Positions 1-7,514 of a DNA stretch of 20,000 nt are shown one piece after another (the stretch's first letter is position 1; every line of letters begins with the position of its first letter). The notes beneath the pieces are model-generated. The model was not told where the DNA came from, ran no database searches, and saw nothing but the letters and a program-made list of their open reading frames with translations. The translations under genes were made by a program, and so were the position numbers. Source of the DNA: an uncultured virus (IMG/VR IMGVR_UViG_3300032093_000120) (Duplodnaviria; Heunggongvirae; Uroviricota; Caudoviricetes); IMG/VR virus record IMGVR_UViG_3300032093_000120. One strand, written 5' to 3'.

Positions 1-2
1 CC

Positions 3-131
3 CACCGTGCCCCGACCCCCCGCGCCACGCATTGGGTCCCCCCCTCACGTATACGCTCTAATCCACTCCCACAATTACATGCCCCCTACCCCTGTGAACG
101 TTCTCATCCCTGCCACACCTGCTTCACGTGA
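3..131 (+). CDS. Possible 3' end of an upstream gene (Pro-rich tail, ...HRAPTPRATHWVPPSRIRSNPLPQ...CFT*); could be the terminase small subunit by position
   Basis: Open frame from the window edge to TGA at 129-131; no start visible; terS is otherwise missing upstream of terL. Other frames are also open, so this is weak. Confidence 0.2.
   Translation, partial: HRAPTPRATHWVPPSRIRSNPLPQLHAPYPCERSHPCHTCFT
93..106. promoter_or_regulatory. Second, degenerate copy of the operator-like palindrome
   Basis: TGTGAACGTTCTCA is 12/14 identical to TGCGAACGTTCGCA at 245-258, with the GAACGTTC core intact. Confidence 0.45.
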
Positions 132-135
132 AACA
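120..135. promoter_or_regulatory. parS-like site
   Basis: TGCTTCACGTGAAACA is 15/16 identical to the canonical bacterial parS palindrome TGTTTCACGTGAAACA. Confidence 0.55.
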
Positions 136-243
136 CACCCCCCGGTATGTCGTCAAAACGGAAATGGGTGGGGGTATATATATTTGTTTAAACATAGTTG
201 CGAAGAAGCGCAGCGTATCGCAAAACACATGTGTAAACGGGGG

Positions 244-272
244 TTGCGAACGTTCGCATAATCGTTTAAACT
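244..272 (+). promoter_or_regulatory. Sigma70-type promoter for the head/packaging operon
   Basis: -35 TTGCGA (244-249), 17-bp spacer, -10 TAAACT (267-272); predicted start ~278-280 coincides with the start of the structured leader. Confidence 0.6.
245..258. promoter_or_regulatory. Operator-like perfect 14-bp palindrome overlapping the -35 box
   Basis: TGCGAACGTTCGCA is its own reverse complement and lies upstream of an HTH regulator gene. Confidence 0.6.
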
Positions 273-276
273 ACAT

Positions 277-353
277 CAACACGCATGGGGATTGGCGATG
301 GTCTAGGCCAGACCGACCACCGCAAGGAAGAGAGTCAGTCCCCAGCCGTGTTG
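277..353 (+). ncRNA. Structured RNA element 1 (long stem capped by a multibranch junction), family unassigned
   Basis: CAACACG(277-283)/CGTGTTG(347-353); TGGGGATTGGC(286-296)/GTCAGTCCCCA(334-344) with two G-U pairs; inner hairpins GGTCT-AGGCC-AGACC(300-314) and CC-GCAA-GG(320-327, GNRA loop). Confidence 0.55.
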
Positions 354-444
354 GTAACCGTACTGAGGGTTAGCGCCTTAGTTCCTTGCTTTGTGCAAAT
401 ACCAAGGAAGTCAAACACACTGCTTTATGTGAGCGGTTACCAAC
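350..444 (+). ncRNA. Structured RNA element 2 (cloverleaf-like four-way junction), family unassigned; possibly C4/CI-antisense-like
   Basis: Perfect 11-bp closing stem GTTGGTAACCG(350-360)/CGGTTACCAAC(434-444) enclosing ACTGAGG/CCTTAGT(362-382), TCCTTG/CAAGGA(383-408) and CACA-CTGCTTTA-TGTG(416-431). Confidence 0.6.
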
Positions 445-457
445 TTCAGGATAATCT

Positions 458-688
458 ATGACAGAACGCACTCAATTAGTTTTTGACTTTATAAAGGCTT
501 ACATGAAGATTCATGGGATACCGCCTTCCTACGAGGTTATTGCCAAGGGTCTAGGGTTGAAGTCCAAATCTAACATCCACCGTATTGTTCATAAGTTAAA
601 AGATGAGGGTCTTATTGAGACCAAGCCCTACAAGTTCCACGCTATTAGGCTTGTGGATAAGTCAGCTAGAGAGATGGCTGCGCTGTGA
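458..688 (+). CDS. LexA-type winged-HTH DNA-binding protein lacking the C-terminal S24 peptidase domain
   Basis: MTERTQLVFDFIKAYMKIHGIPPSYEVIAKGLGLKSKSNIHRIVHKLKDEGLI matches the LexA N-terminal domain pattern (G.PPS..EI...LG..S.S.IH.....L...G.I); only 76 aa; SD AGGA at 448-451. Confidence 0.85.
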   Translation: MTERTQLVFDFIKAYMKIHGIPPSYEVIAKGLGLKSKSNIHRIVHKLKDEGLIETKPYKFHAIRLVDKSAREMAAL

Positions 689-2202
689 ATCACACGCTCC
701 TTACACAGGAAGAGATTGAAGACTATGTTGAGATAGTCGATACCGTGTCAGAGGCGGAGAGAAAGAAGATATTCCGTATCCTTGAGCATGACCGTGTCCA
801 CCGGTGCCGGGAATCTTTTATTTACTTTGTCACCCAGATGTGGCCTGTGTTTATCTCAGGTAAGCATCACCAGATCATGGCAAACGCATTTGAGAGGGTG
901 GCTAGGGGTGAGTTAAAGAGGTTGATTATCAACATGCCTCCCCGGCACACAAAGAGTGAGTTTGCTTCTTACCTGTTGCCGGCGTGGTTCTTGGGTAAGT
1001 TTCCACATAAGAAGATCATCCAGACAGCGCACACAGCCGAGTTGGCGGTGGGCTTTGGTCGTAAGGTTAGGAATCTGGTCGGGTCAGAGAACTACGGTAA
1101 GGTGTTTGACACCAAACTGTCCTCGGATTCAAAGGCTGCCGGTCGCTGGAACACGGAAGTTGGTGGAGATTACTTCGCTATCGGTGTGGGCGGTGCTGTA
1201 ACGGGTAAGGGTGCTGATCTTTTGATCATCGATGACCCGCACTCAGAGCAGGAAGCCAAGCAAGGTAACCCTGCGGTCTATGACAACGTCTATGAGTGGT
1301 ACACATCTGGCCCTCGTCAGCGTCTACAACCGGGCGGGGCGATCATTATTGTGATGACGCGCTGGTCTAAACGGGATTTAACCGGTCAGATCGTCAAGAA
1401 TTCAGGAAAAGAAGGCGTAGATACGTGGGAAGTGATCGATTTCCCCGCGATTCTCCCGTCAGGAACACCGTTATGGCCCGGATTTTGGAAGAAAGAGGCA
1501 CTTGAAGCCCTCCGTGCTGAACTCCCTGTCTCTAAATGGGAAGCACAGTACCAACAAAACCCAACATCTGAAGAAGGTGCGATCATTAAACGGGATCAAT
1601 GGCGCATTTGGGAGGCAGACACCCCACCTACATGTGAATATCTGATCCAGTCATGGGATACCGCATTTGAAAAGGGTAACCGTGCCGACTATTCAGCCTG
1701 TACAACATGGGGTGTGTTTAAACATCCTAATGAGCACGGAGACTACAGGACAAACATCATCGTTTTGGATGCGTTTAAGAAGCGCATGGAGTTCCCTGAA
1801 CTCAAACAAAAGGCATTTGAGATGTGGAAGGAGTGGAATCCGGATAGTCTCATAGTGGAGAAAAAGGCCGCCGGTGCGCCTTTGATCTATGAGATGCGTC
1901 AGATGGGAATCCCGCTCCAAGAGTACACACCAAGCAAAGGAAGCGATAAGATAGCGCGTGTAAACGCTATTTCTGACATGTTTTCGTCAGGAATTGTGTG
2001 GTGTCCAGACACAAGATGGGCGGATGAGTTGATGGAAGAACTCGCCGCTTTCCCTAATGGAGACCATGACGACCTTGTTGACTCAACCAGCCAAGCCCTT
2101 CTCAGGTTTAGACAAGGTGGTTTCATCCGCATTGAATCAGATGAGGAAGATGACCCCGTTTACTTCCGCAGCAGAAGGCAAGAAAGATACTACACCGTTT
2201 AA
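685..2202 (+). CDS. terL: Terminase large subunit
   Basis: Walker A region IINMPPRHTKS, Walker B LLIIDDP, coupling motif IVMTRW, nuclease SWDTA and FPNGDHDDLVDS; GTG start overlaps the upstream stop (GTGA). Confidence 0.97.
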   Translation: MNHTLLTQEEIEDYVEIVDTVSEAERKKIFRILEHDRVHRCRESFIYFVTQMWPVFISGKHHQIMANAFERVARGELKRLIINMPPRHTKSEFASYLLPAWFLGKFPHKKIIQTAHTAELAVGFGRKVRNLVGSENYGKVFDTKLSSDSKAAGRWNTEVGGDYFAIGVGGAVTGKGADLLIIDDPHSEQEAKQGNPAVYDNVYEWYTSGPRQRLQPGGAIIIVMTRWSKRDLTGQIVKNSGKEGVDTWEVIDFPAILPSGTPLWPGFWKKEALEALRAELPVSKWEAQYQQNPTSEEGAIIKRDQWRIWEADTPPTCEYLIQSWDTAFEKGNRADYSACTTWGVFKHPNEHGDYRTNIIVLDAFKKRMEFPELKQKAFEMWKEWNPDSLIVEKKAAGAPLIYEMRQMGIPLQEYTPSKGSDKIARVNAISDMFSSGIVWCPDTRWADELMEELAAFPNGDHDDLVDSTSQALLRFRQGGFIRIESDEEDDPVYFRSRRQERYYTV

Positions 2203-2211
2203 GGACAAGAT

Positions 2212-4641
2212 ATGGAAAAAGGTTTATACCAAGCCCCACAAGGCATTTCAGAACTCCAGCCAGATTTGGCTATTGAGATTGACAATCCGGACGCTGTCCA
2301 TATTGAGATAGACGGACTAGAGATTGACCTAGAACCCGGTCAAGAAACTGCAGAAGAGTTTGACGCCAACCTAGCCGAGTACCTTGACGAGGGTGAACTC
2401 AGCAGTATTGCCGGCGATCTTATTGATGATTTCAACAAAGACCAGCGCGACCGCCGTGACTGGATTCAGACCTACGTAGAAGGCTTAAAACTCCTAGGTC
2501 TCAAGTATGAAGAACGCACTGAGCCTTGGCAAGGAGCCTGCGGTGTATTCCACCCCATGCTGACAGAGTCAGTAGTGCGCTTTCAGGCTGAAGGCATCAT
2601 GGAGACATTCCCTGCCTCCGGCCCCGTAAAGACATCCATCATTGGTAAAGAGACCAAAGAGCGGGTAGAAGCCTCCCACCGCGTCCAGACCGACATGAAC
2701 TACCAGTTAACGGAAGTCATGCGTGAGTACCGCCCTGAACATGAGCGCCTGCTGTGGTCTCTGCCCATCACTGGAAGCGCATTCAAGAAGGTTTACTACG
2801 ACCCTAACAAGCAGCGCCAAGCCTCTATATTCATTCCCGCTGAAGACATCGTCGTACCTTACGGTGCGTCTGACCTAGAGAGCGCCGAACGCATCACCCA
2901 TGTGATGAGGAAGTCCAAGAATGACATCGTAATGCTCCAAGAGGTTGGGTTCTACCGTGATGTAGACCTAGGCGAGCCAAGCGCAGAACTAGATGATATT
3001 GAGAAACAAAAGGCTGAAGAAAACGGTATCTCTGCGATTCAAGATGACCGCTTCCGTCTGCTTGAGATTCATGTCAATTTAGATTTAAAGGGATATGAAC
3101 ACAAGAACAAAGACGGAGAGATGACGGGCATCGCCCTGCCTTACGTGGTTACCTTGGAAAAGGGTAGCATGGAGGTTCTATCGATCAGAAGGAACTGGCA
3201 TGAAGATGATGAACTCCACCAAAAGCGCCAGCACTTTGTCCACTACCAATACATCCCCGGATTTGGTTTCTACGGATACGGACTTATACATCTCATTGGA
3301 GGTTACGCTAAGTCCGCTACCATGCTCATCCGTCAATTGGTTGATGCTGGCACTCTCTCAAATCTGCCCGGAGGACTTAAATCACGGGGGCTTAGGATTA
3401 AAGGTGATGACACGCCGATTCAGCCCGGAGAATTTAGGGACGTAGATGTCCCTTCCGGAAGCATCCGTGACAACATCTTACCGCTTCCATACAAAGAACC
3501 AAGTCAGGTTTTATTCGCCCTCTTCCAAAACATCGTAGAAGAAGGTAAAGCGTTTGCCTCTGCTGGAGATATGAATGTCTCCGACATGAGCGCACAGGCT
3601 CCCGTAGGTACGACTCTGGCTCTCCTAGAGAGAACCCTGAAGGTGATGGGCGCGGTACAAAGCCGCATGCATTTCAGCATGAAGCAGGAGTTCAAACTCC
3701 TCAAAGAGATCATCGCTGAAGACGCACCGACCGAGTACTCATATCAGCCTGAGTCAGGCGACCGCCATGCTAAACGTAGTGACTATGAGTTGGTGGATGT
3801 AATCCCTGTCTCTGATCCTAACGCCGCAACGATGGCGCAAAAGATTGTGCAGTATCAGGCAGTGCTTCAGTTAGCCCAGTCTGCCCCGCACATCTACAAC
3901 ATGCCTCTCTTACACCGCCAGATGATTGAGGTTTTAGGGGTAAAGAACGCCAATAAGTTGGTGCCAATTGAGGACGATGAACTCCCAACAGACCCAATCC
4001 AAGAGAATCAAAACGCAATAACGGGCAAACCGCTCAAAGCGTTTATTGAGCAAAACCACTCTGCGCACATCCAAGTGCACATGGCTGCCATGCAAGACCC
4101 CAAGATTGCCCAGATCATTGGTCAAAACCCACAGGCACAGGCTATTCAGGCGGCAATGATGGCTCATATTCAAGAGCACGTAGCCTTTGAATACCGTATG
4201 CGCATAGAGGAAGAGATGGGAATTCCGTTGCCAACAGAAGAGCAGAACAAGAAGGTTGATCCGGCATTTGCCAATCAACTCGCTGCAATGGCTTCTGAAG
4301 CGGCACAAAAGCTGTTTAAACAGCATACACAGGAAGCCCAGCAGCAGATGGCACAACAACAACTGCAAGACCCTGTTATCCAGATGCAACAACAAGAGTT
4401 GCAGATCAAGATGCAGGAACTCCAGTTGAAACAACAAAAACAGCAGATTGAGGCAGCCGCTAAGGCCGATCAAATCCGCGTAGAGGAATCCCGTATTGAA
4501 GCCCAGAAAGAGATTGCCGCTATGCAAGTAGCCGCCACGGCAGCAGCCAAGCGCGACCAACTAGAGAAGCAGCAACAACTTGAAGGCACAAGGATGGGTA
4601 TTGAGTTGGCTAAGAGCCGAAATCAAAGAGGAAATAAATGA
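2212..4641 (+). CDS. Portal protein (P22-like) with C-terminal Gln-rich coiled-coil barrel
   Basis: 809 aa directly after terL; motifs HPMLTESVVRFQA, GSAFKKVYYD, PGFGFYGYGLIH; long Q/E/A helical C-terminus; SD AAGGA. Confidence 0.88.
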   Translation: MEKGLYQAPQGISELQPDLAIEIDNPDAVHIEIDGLEIDLEPGQETAEEFDANLAEYLDEGELSSIAGDLIDDFNKDQRDRRDWIQTYVEGLKLLGLKYEERTEPWQGACGVFHPMLTESVVRFQAEGIMETFPASGPVKTSIIGKETKERVEASHRVQTDMNYQLTEVMREYRPEHERLLWSLPITGSAFKKVYYDPNKQRQASIFIPAEDIVVPYGASDLESAERITHVMRKSKNDIVMLQEVGFYRDVDLGEPSAELDDIEKQKAEENGISAIQDDRFRLLEIHVNLDLKGYEHKNKDGEMTGIALPYVVTLEKGSMEVLSIRRNWHEDDELHQKRQHFVHYQYIPGFGFYGYGLIHLIGGYAKSATMLIRQLVDAGTLSNLPGGLKSRGLRIKGDDTPIQPGEFRDVDVPSGSIRDNILPLPYKEPSQVLFALFQNIVEEGKAFASAGDMNVSDMSAQAPVGTTLALLERTLKVMGAVQSRMHFSMKQEFKLLKEIIAEDAPTEYSYQPESGDRHAKRSDYELVDVIPVSDPNAATMAQKIVQYQAVLQLAQSAPHIYNMPLLHRQMIEVLGVKNANKLVPIEDDELPTDPIQENQNAITGKPLKAFIEQNHSAHIQVHMAAMQDPKIAQIIGQNPQAQAIQAAMMAHIQEHVAFEYRMRIEEEMGIPLPTEEQNKKVDPAFANQLAAMASEAAQKLFKQHTQEAQQQMAQQQLQDPVIQMQQQELQIKMQELQLKQQKQQIEAAAKADQIRVEESRIEAQKEIAAMQVAATAAAKRDQLEKQQQLEGTRMGIELAKSRNQRGNK

Positions 4642-4838
4642 GCGACGTAATCCGAGCACTTTCCCACATTCAGAAAGAGATAGCCCGCCTGCGTGATGAA
4701 CAGGCAATGTTTATCTCAACGGGAAGAGCAGCAGATTACGCGGAATATAAGAACGTCTGCGGGGTAATTCGGGGTCTAAGCCTTGCAGATCAGTCCATCA
4801 ACGACCTTGTAGAAAGAATGGAGAAATCCGATGAGTGA
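4638..4838 (+). CDS. Small helical hypothetical protein (66 aa)
   Basis: ATGA overlap with the portal stop, SD GAGG, amphipathic helices (DYAEYKNVCGVIRGL). Confidence 0.8.
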   Translation: MSDVIRALSHIQKEIARLRDEQAMFISTGRAADYAEYKNVCGVIRGLSLADQSINDLVERMEKSDE

Positions 4839-5241
4839 ATTTGACGTGTCCGCTGTGGACCTGTCCGGCGTCCTTAACAGGACTGCAGAGGAAAAGGCCA
4901 AACAGCTACCCGATCCTAAGACATTCCACCTGCTCTGCGTAGTACCAGAGGCTATGGAGGAATATGCCGATAGTGAGGTAGGTCTAGTCAAAGATTCCAA
5001 AACGATGCATTACGAAGAGGTTTTAACGCCTGTACTTTTTGTCGTCAAGTTGGGTCCTGATGCCTATACAGACAAGAGCCGTTTCCCTAACGGTCCTTCT
5101 TGCAAGGTTGGTGACTTTGTCATCGTCCGTCCAAATTCAGGCACCCGCCTGAAGATTCATGGTCGCGAATTCCGCATCATCAATGATGACTCGGTTGAGG
5201 CAACCGTGGAAGACCCCCGTGGCATTCAACGCGCTGCATAA
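4831..5241 (+). CDS. groES: GroES/Cpn10-like co-chaperonin
   Basis: C-terminal half VVKLGPDAY...CKVGDFVIVRPNSGTRLKIHGREFRIINDDSVEA fits the Cpn10 beta-barrel pattern; SD GGAG. Confidence 0.85.
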   Translation: MSEFDVSAVDLSGVLNRTAEEKAKQLPDPKTFHLLCVVPEAMEEYADSEVGLVKDSKTMHYEEVLTPVLFVVKLGPDAYTDKSRFPNGPSCKVGDFVIVRPNSGTRLKIHGREFRIINDDSVEATVEDPRGIQRAA

Positions 5242-5250
5242 GGAGCACAC

Positions 5251-6192
5251 ATGGCAACAGAGTACAAAGGCGAGGAATTTACATTCCCTGACGAAGAGAA
5301 AGAAACCCCTGTTCAGCAGGAGTTAGAGATTGATACGGACACCGAAGAGAAACCGCAAGTAAAGGCTGAGTCAGAAGACCCAACCGATGAAGAACTTGCG
5401 CAGTACGACGAGACTGTCCGCAATAAACTCAAGAAATACACCAACAACTACCACAATGAACGCCGCGCCCGTAAGGCCGCACAGCGTGAACGTGAAGAGG
5501 CGGAAGCCTTTGCCAAGAGCGTCTATGAGGAAAACAAACGCCTCAAAGACCAATTGGAGTCCGGCAGTAAAGTCTTCATTGAGCAAAACAAATCCACCGC
5601 AGAACTGCAGTTGGACAACGCCAAGAAGAAGTTACAAAAGGCTTTTGAGGACGGTGACGCTGATGCTTTTGCAGAAGCACAGGTAGAGGTAACGAAGGCA
5701 TCTCTCAGGCTAGACAAGGCCGAGACCATGACGCCTATTGTTTCTCAGCCATCAGAGCCGCCCCGCCAACAGTCCAATACAAACCCACGCACTAAACAAT
5801 GGGTTGAAAACAACTCAGAATGGTTTGGAGTGGACGAAGAAATGACTATGGCTGCAATGGGACTTGACAAAAAGTTACAAAAGCAGTATGGTTCTGACTA
5901 CATTGGTTCCGAAGATTATTTCAAAACAATCGATAGGACCATTCGCAAACGCTTCCCAGAGCAATTTGGGATAGCCGAGGAAAATGACGAACCTCAAAGA
6001 AAGACGTCAACAATGGCAGAAGAGGCCACTCCTCCGCGCCGCATGAGTTCTGTAGTTGCTCCCGCAACTCGCAGTACTCCACCTTCACGTATCAAACTGG
6101 ACCCACGTCAGGTATCTCTGGCGAGAAAACTTGGTGTTACTCCAGAAGAATACGCAAGACATGTATCACTCATTGAAAGGAACGCAGGATGA
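5251..6192 (+). CDS. Putative capsid scaffolding protein
   Basis: Acidic N-terminus, central coiled coil, C-terminal helix-turn-helix-like end (LDPRQVSLARKLGVTPEEYAR); lies between portal and capsid genes; SD AAGGAG. Confidence 0.6.
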   Translation: MATEYKGEEFTFPDEEKETPVQQELEIDTDTEEKPQVKAESEDPTDEELAQYDETVRNKLKKYTNNYHNERRARKAAQREREEAEAFAKSVYEENKRLKDQLESGSKVFIEQNKSTAELQLDNAKKKLQKAFEDGDADAFAEAQVEVTKASLRLDKAETMTPIVSQPSEPPRQQSNTNPRTKQWVENNSEWFGVDEEMTMAAMGLDKKLQKQYGSDYIGSEDYFKTIDRTIRKRFPEQFGIAEENDEPQRKTSTMAEEATPPRRMSSVVAPATRSTPPSRIKLDPRQVSLARKLGVTPEEYARHVSLIERNAG

Positions 6193-6647
6193 CCGAAGCT
6201 CAAACACGTAAACCACGCGAAGCTGGTAGTCGTACACAACAAATGCGTCGCCCTGAGCGATGGAGTCGCCCGGAAGGTTTGCCTAGCCCTGATGACCGCC
6301 CCGGATGGAAACATCGTTGGGTGCGTGTAAGCATGATGGGTTCTGCAGACGCCAAAAATATTTCTTCTAGTTTCCGCGAAGGTTATGAGCCTTGCAAAGC
6401 AGAAGAGTATCCGGAAATGATGATGCACGCCGTAGAAGATGGACGCTTTCAAGGCAACATTGAGGTCGGCGGGCTGTTGTTATGCCGCATTCCGGCAGAG
6501 TTCTTGGGTCAACGTGCTGAGTATTACGAGTCCCAGAACAAAGCAAACATGGAATCAGTGGACAACAGCTTTATGAAAGACAGTCATCCAAACATGAAGA
6601 AGTTTTCTGAAAAGACAACTAAAGTCTCGTTTGGGTCAGGTTATTAA
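6189..6647 (+). CDS. Hypothetical head-module protein (152 aa)
   Basis: ATGA overlap; globular sequence with GWKHRWVR and REGYEP motifs. Confidence 0.8.
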   Translation: MTEAQTRKPREAGSRTQQMRRPERWSRPEGLPSPDDRPGWKHRWVRVSMMGSADAKNISSSFREGYEPCKAEEYPEMMMHAVEDGRFQGNIEVGGLLLCRIPAEFLGQRAEYYESQNKANMESVDNSFMKDSHPNMKKFSEKTTKVSFGSGY

Positions 6648-6667
6648 TTATTTTTAAGGAGTCCTAA

Positions 6668-7501
6668 ATGGCTTACCCCGTTGTTTCGGCCCCATACGGC
6701 CTAAAGCCGATCAATCTGATCGGTGGTCAAGTGTTTGCGGGTTCTACCCGTGAATATGCGATCCCTTATGGATACGCAACTAATATTTTTTATGGCGATT
6801 TCGTTGGATTGAGCCGTGGAAATATTGCGCGTATTGGTGTTAGTACTGGTACTCTTGGTACTCTTACTGGCGTCTTCTTGGGTTGTTCTTACACAAACCC
6901 AACCACCAAGCAAAAACAATTTGCTCAATACTGGCCCGCTTCAACGCTAGCTGGTGATGCAGTTGCTATTGTTTGTGATGATCCTGACACAGTGTTTAAA
7001 GCTGTCGTTTGTTCTTCTGGTACTACTGTTGCTTCTGGCGCTCGCGCCATGATCGGTCAAAACTTGGCAATGATCAACAACACCACTGGTAACGTGAACA
7101 CTGGCGACTCGCTCAACTCTTTGTTGGCTCCCACTAACACGCCAGATACTACCGATGCGTTGCCAATCCGTGTTTTGGGCTTAGTGCCTGACACCGTTGT
7201 CACCTTGGGTACTGCCACCTACACCAGCATCTCTACCGCTACTGTTACCTGCTCCGCTTTGCCTTACGCATTGCCTGTCGGTACAGACGTTGGTTCACTT
7301 GCTGCTAATGGTCAGTACATCCCTTCGGGTTCGTTTGTTGACACAGCAGCCGCTGCTGGTGCAACTTCGTTCATCTTGAACCAAGCCCCGGTTACAGCTT
7401 TTGCTGCTAGCTCTACGCTTGTGTTTGCTCAGTATCCAGAGTTGCTGGTTAAGATCAATTTTGGTCAACACCAGTACTACGCTGCCACTAGCATTGCTTA
7501 A
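6668..7501 (+). CDS. Putative capsid decoration/cement protein
   Basis: SD AAGGAG; beta-rich small-residue composition; APYGLKPI and GVFLGCSYTNP motifs; immediately upstream of the MCP. Confidence 0.6.
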   Translation: MAYPVVSAPYGLKPINLIGGQVFAGSTREYAIPYGYATNIFYGDFVGLSRGNIARIGVSTGTLGTLTGVFLGCSYTNPTTKQKQFAQYWPASTLAGDAVAIVCDDPDTVFKAVVCSSGTTVASGARAMIGQNLAMINNTTGNVNTGDSLNSLLAPTNTPDTTDALPIRVLGLVPDTVVTLGTATYTSISTATVTCSALPYALPVGTDVGSLAANGQYIPSGSFVDTAAAAGATSFILNQAPVTAFAASSTLVFAQYPELLVKINFGQHQYYAATSIA

Positions 7502-7514
7502 GGAGTAATTTAAA

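Noticed and set aside
286..295. TGGGGATTGG in the leader RNA matches the fibre junction repeat (17307-17316, 18563-18572), suggesting RNA-guided fibre shuffling
   Set aside because: Only 10 nt, a few such matches are expected by chance for a 170-nt query, the segment is buried in a stem, and no recombinase or reverse transcriptase is present. Worth revisiting only if the two co-vary in relatives.
7..373. ORFs 7..261 and 128..373
   Set aside because: No SD, no recognisable protein features, and they overlap the promoter, palindromes and RNA structures.
350..444. Canonical tRNA call for the cloverleaf
   Set aside because: No GTTCRA T-loop, no standard D-loop or 5-bp/7-nt anticodon arm, and the ACCA lies inside the closing stem.
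4320..4580. CAG/CAA-rich tract as a DNA repeat element
   Set aside because: Explained by the Gln-rich coiled-coil tail of the portal protein.
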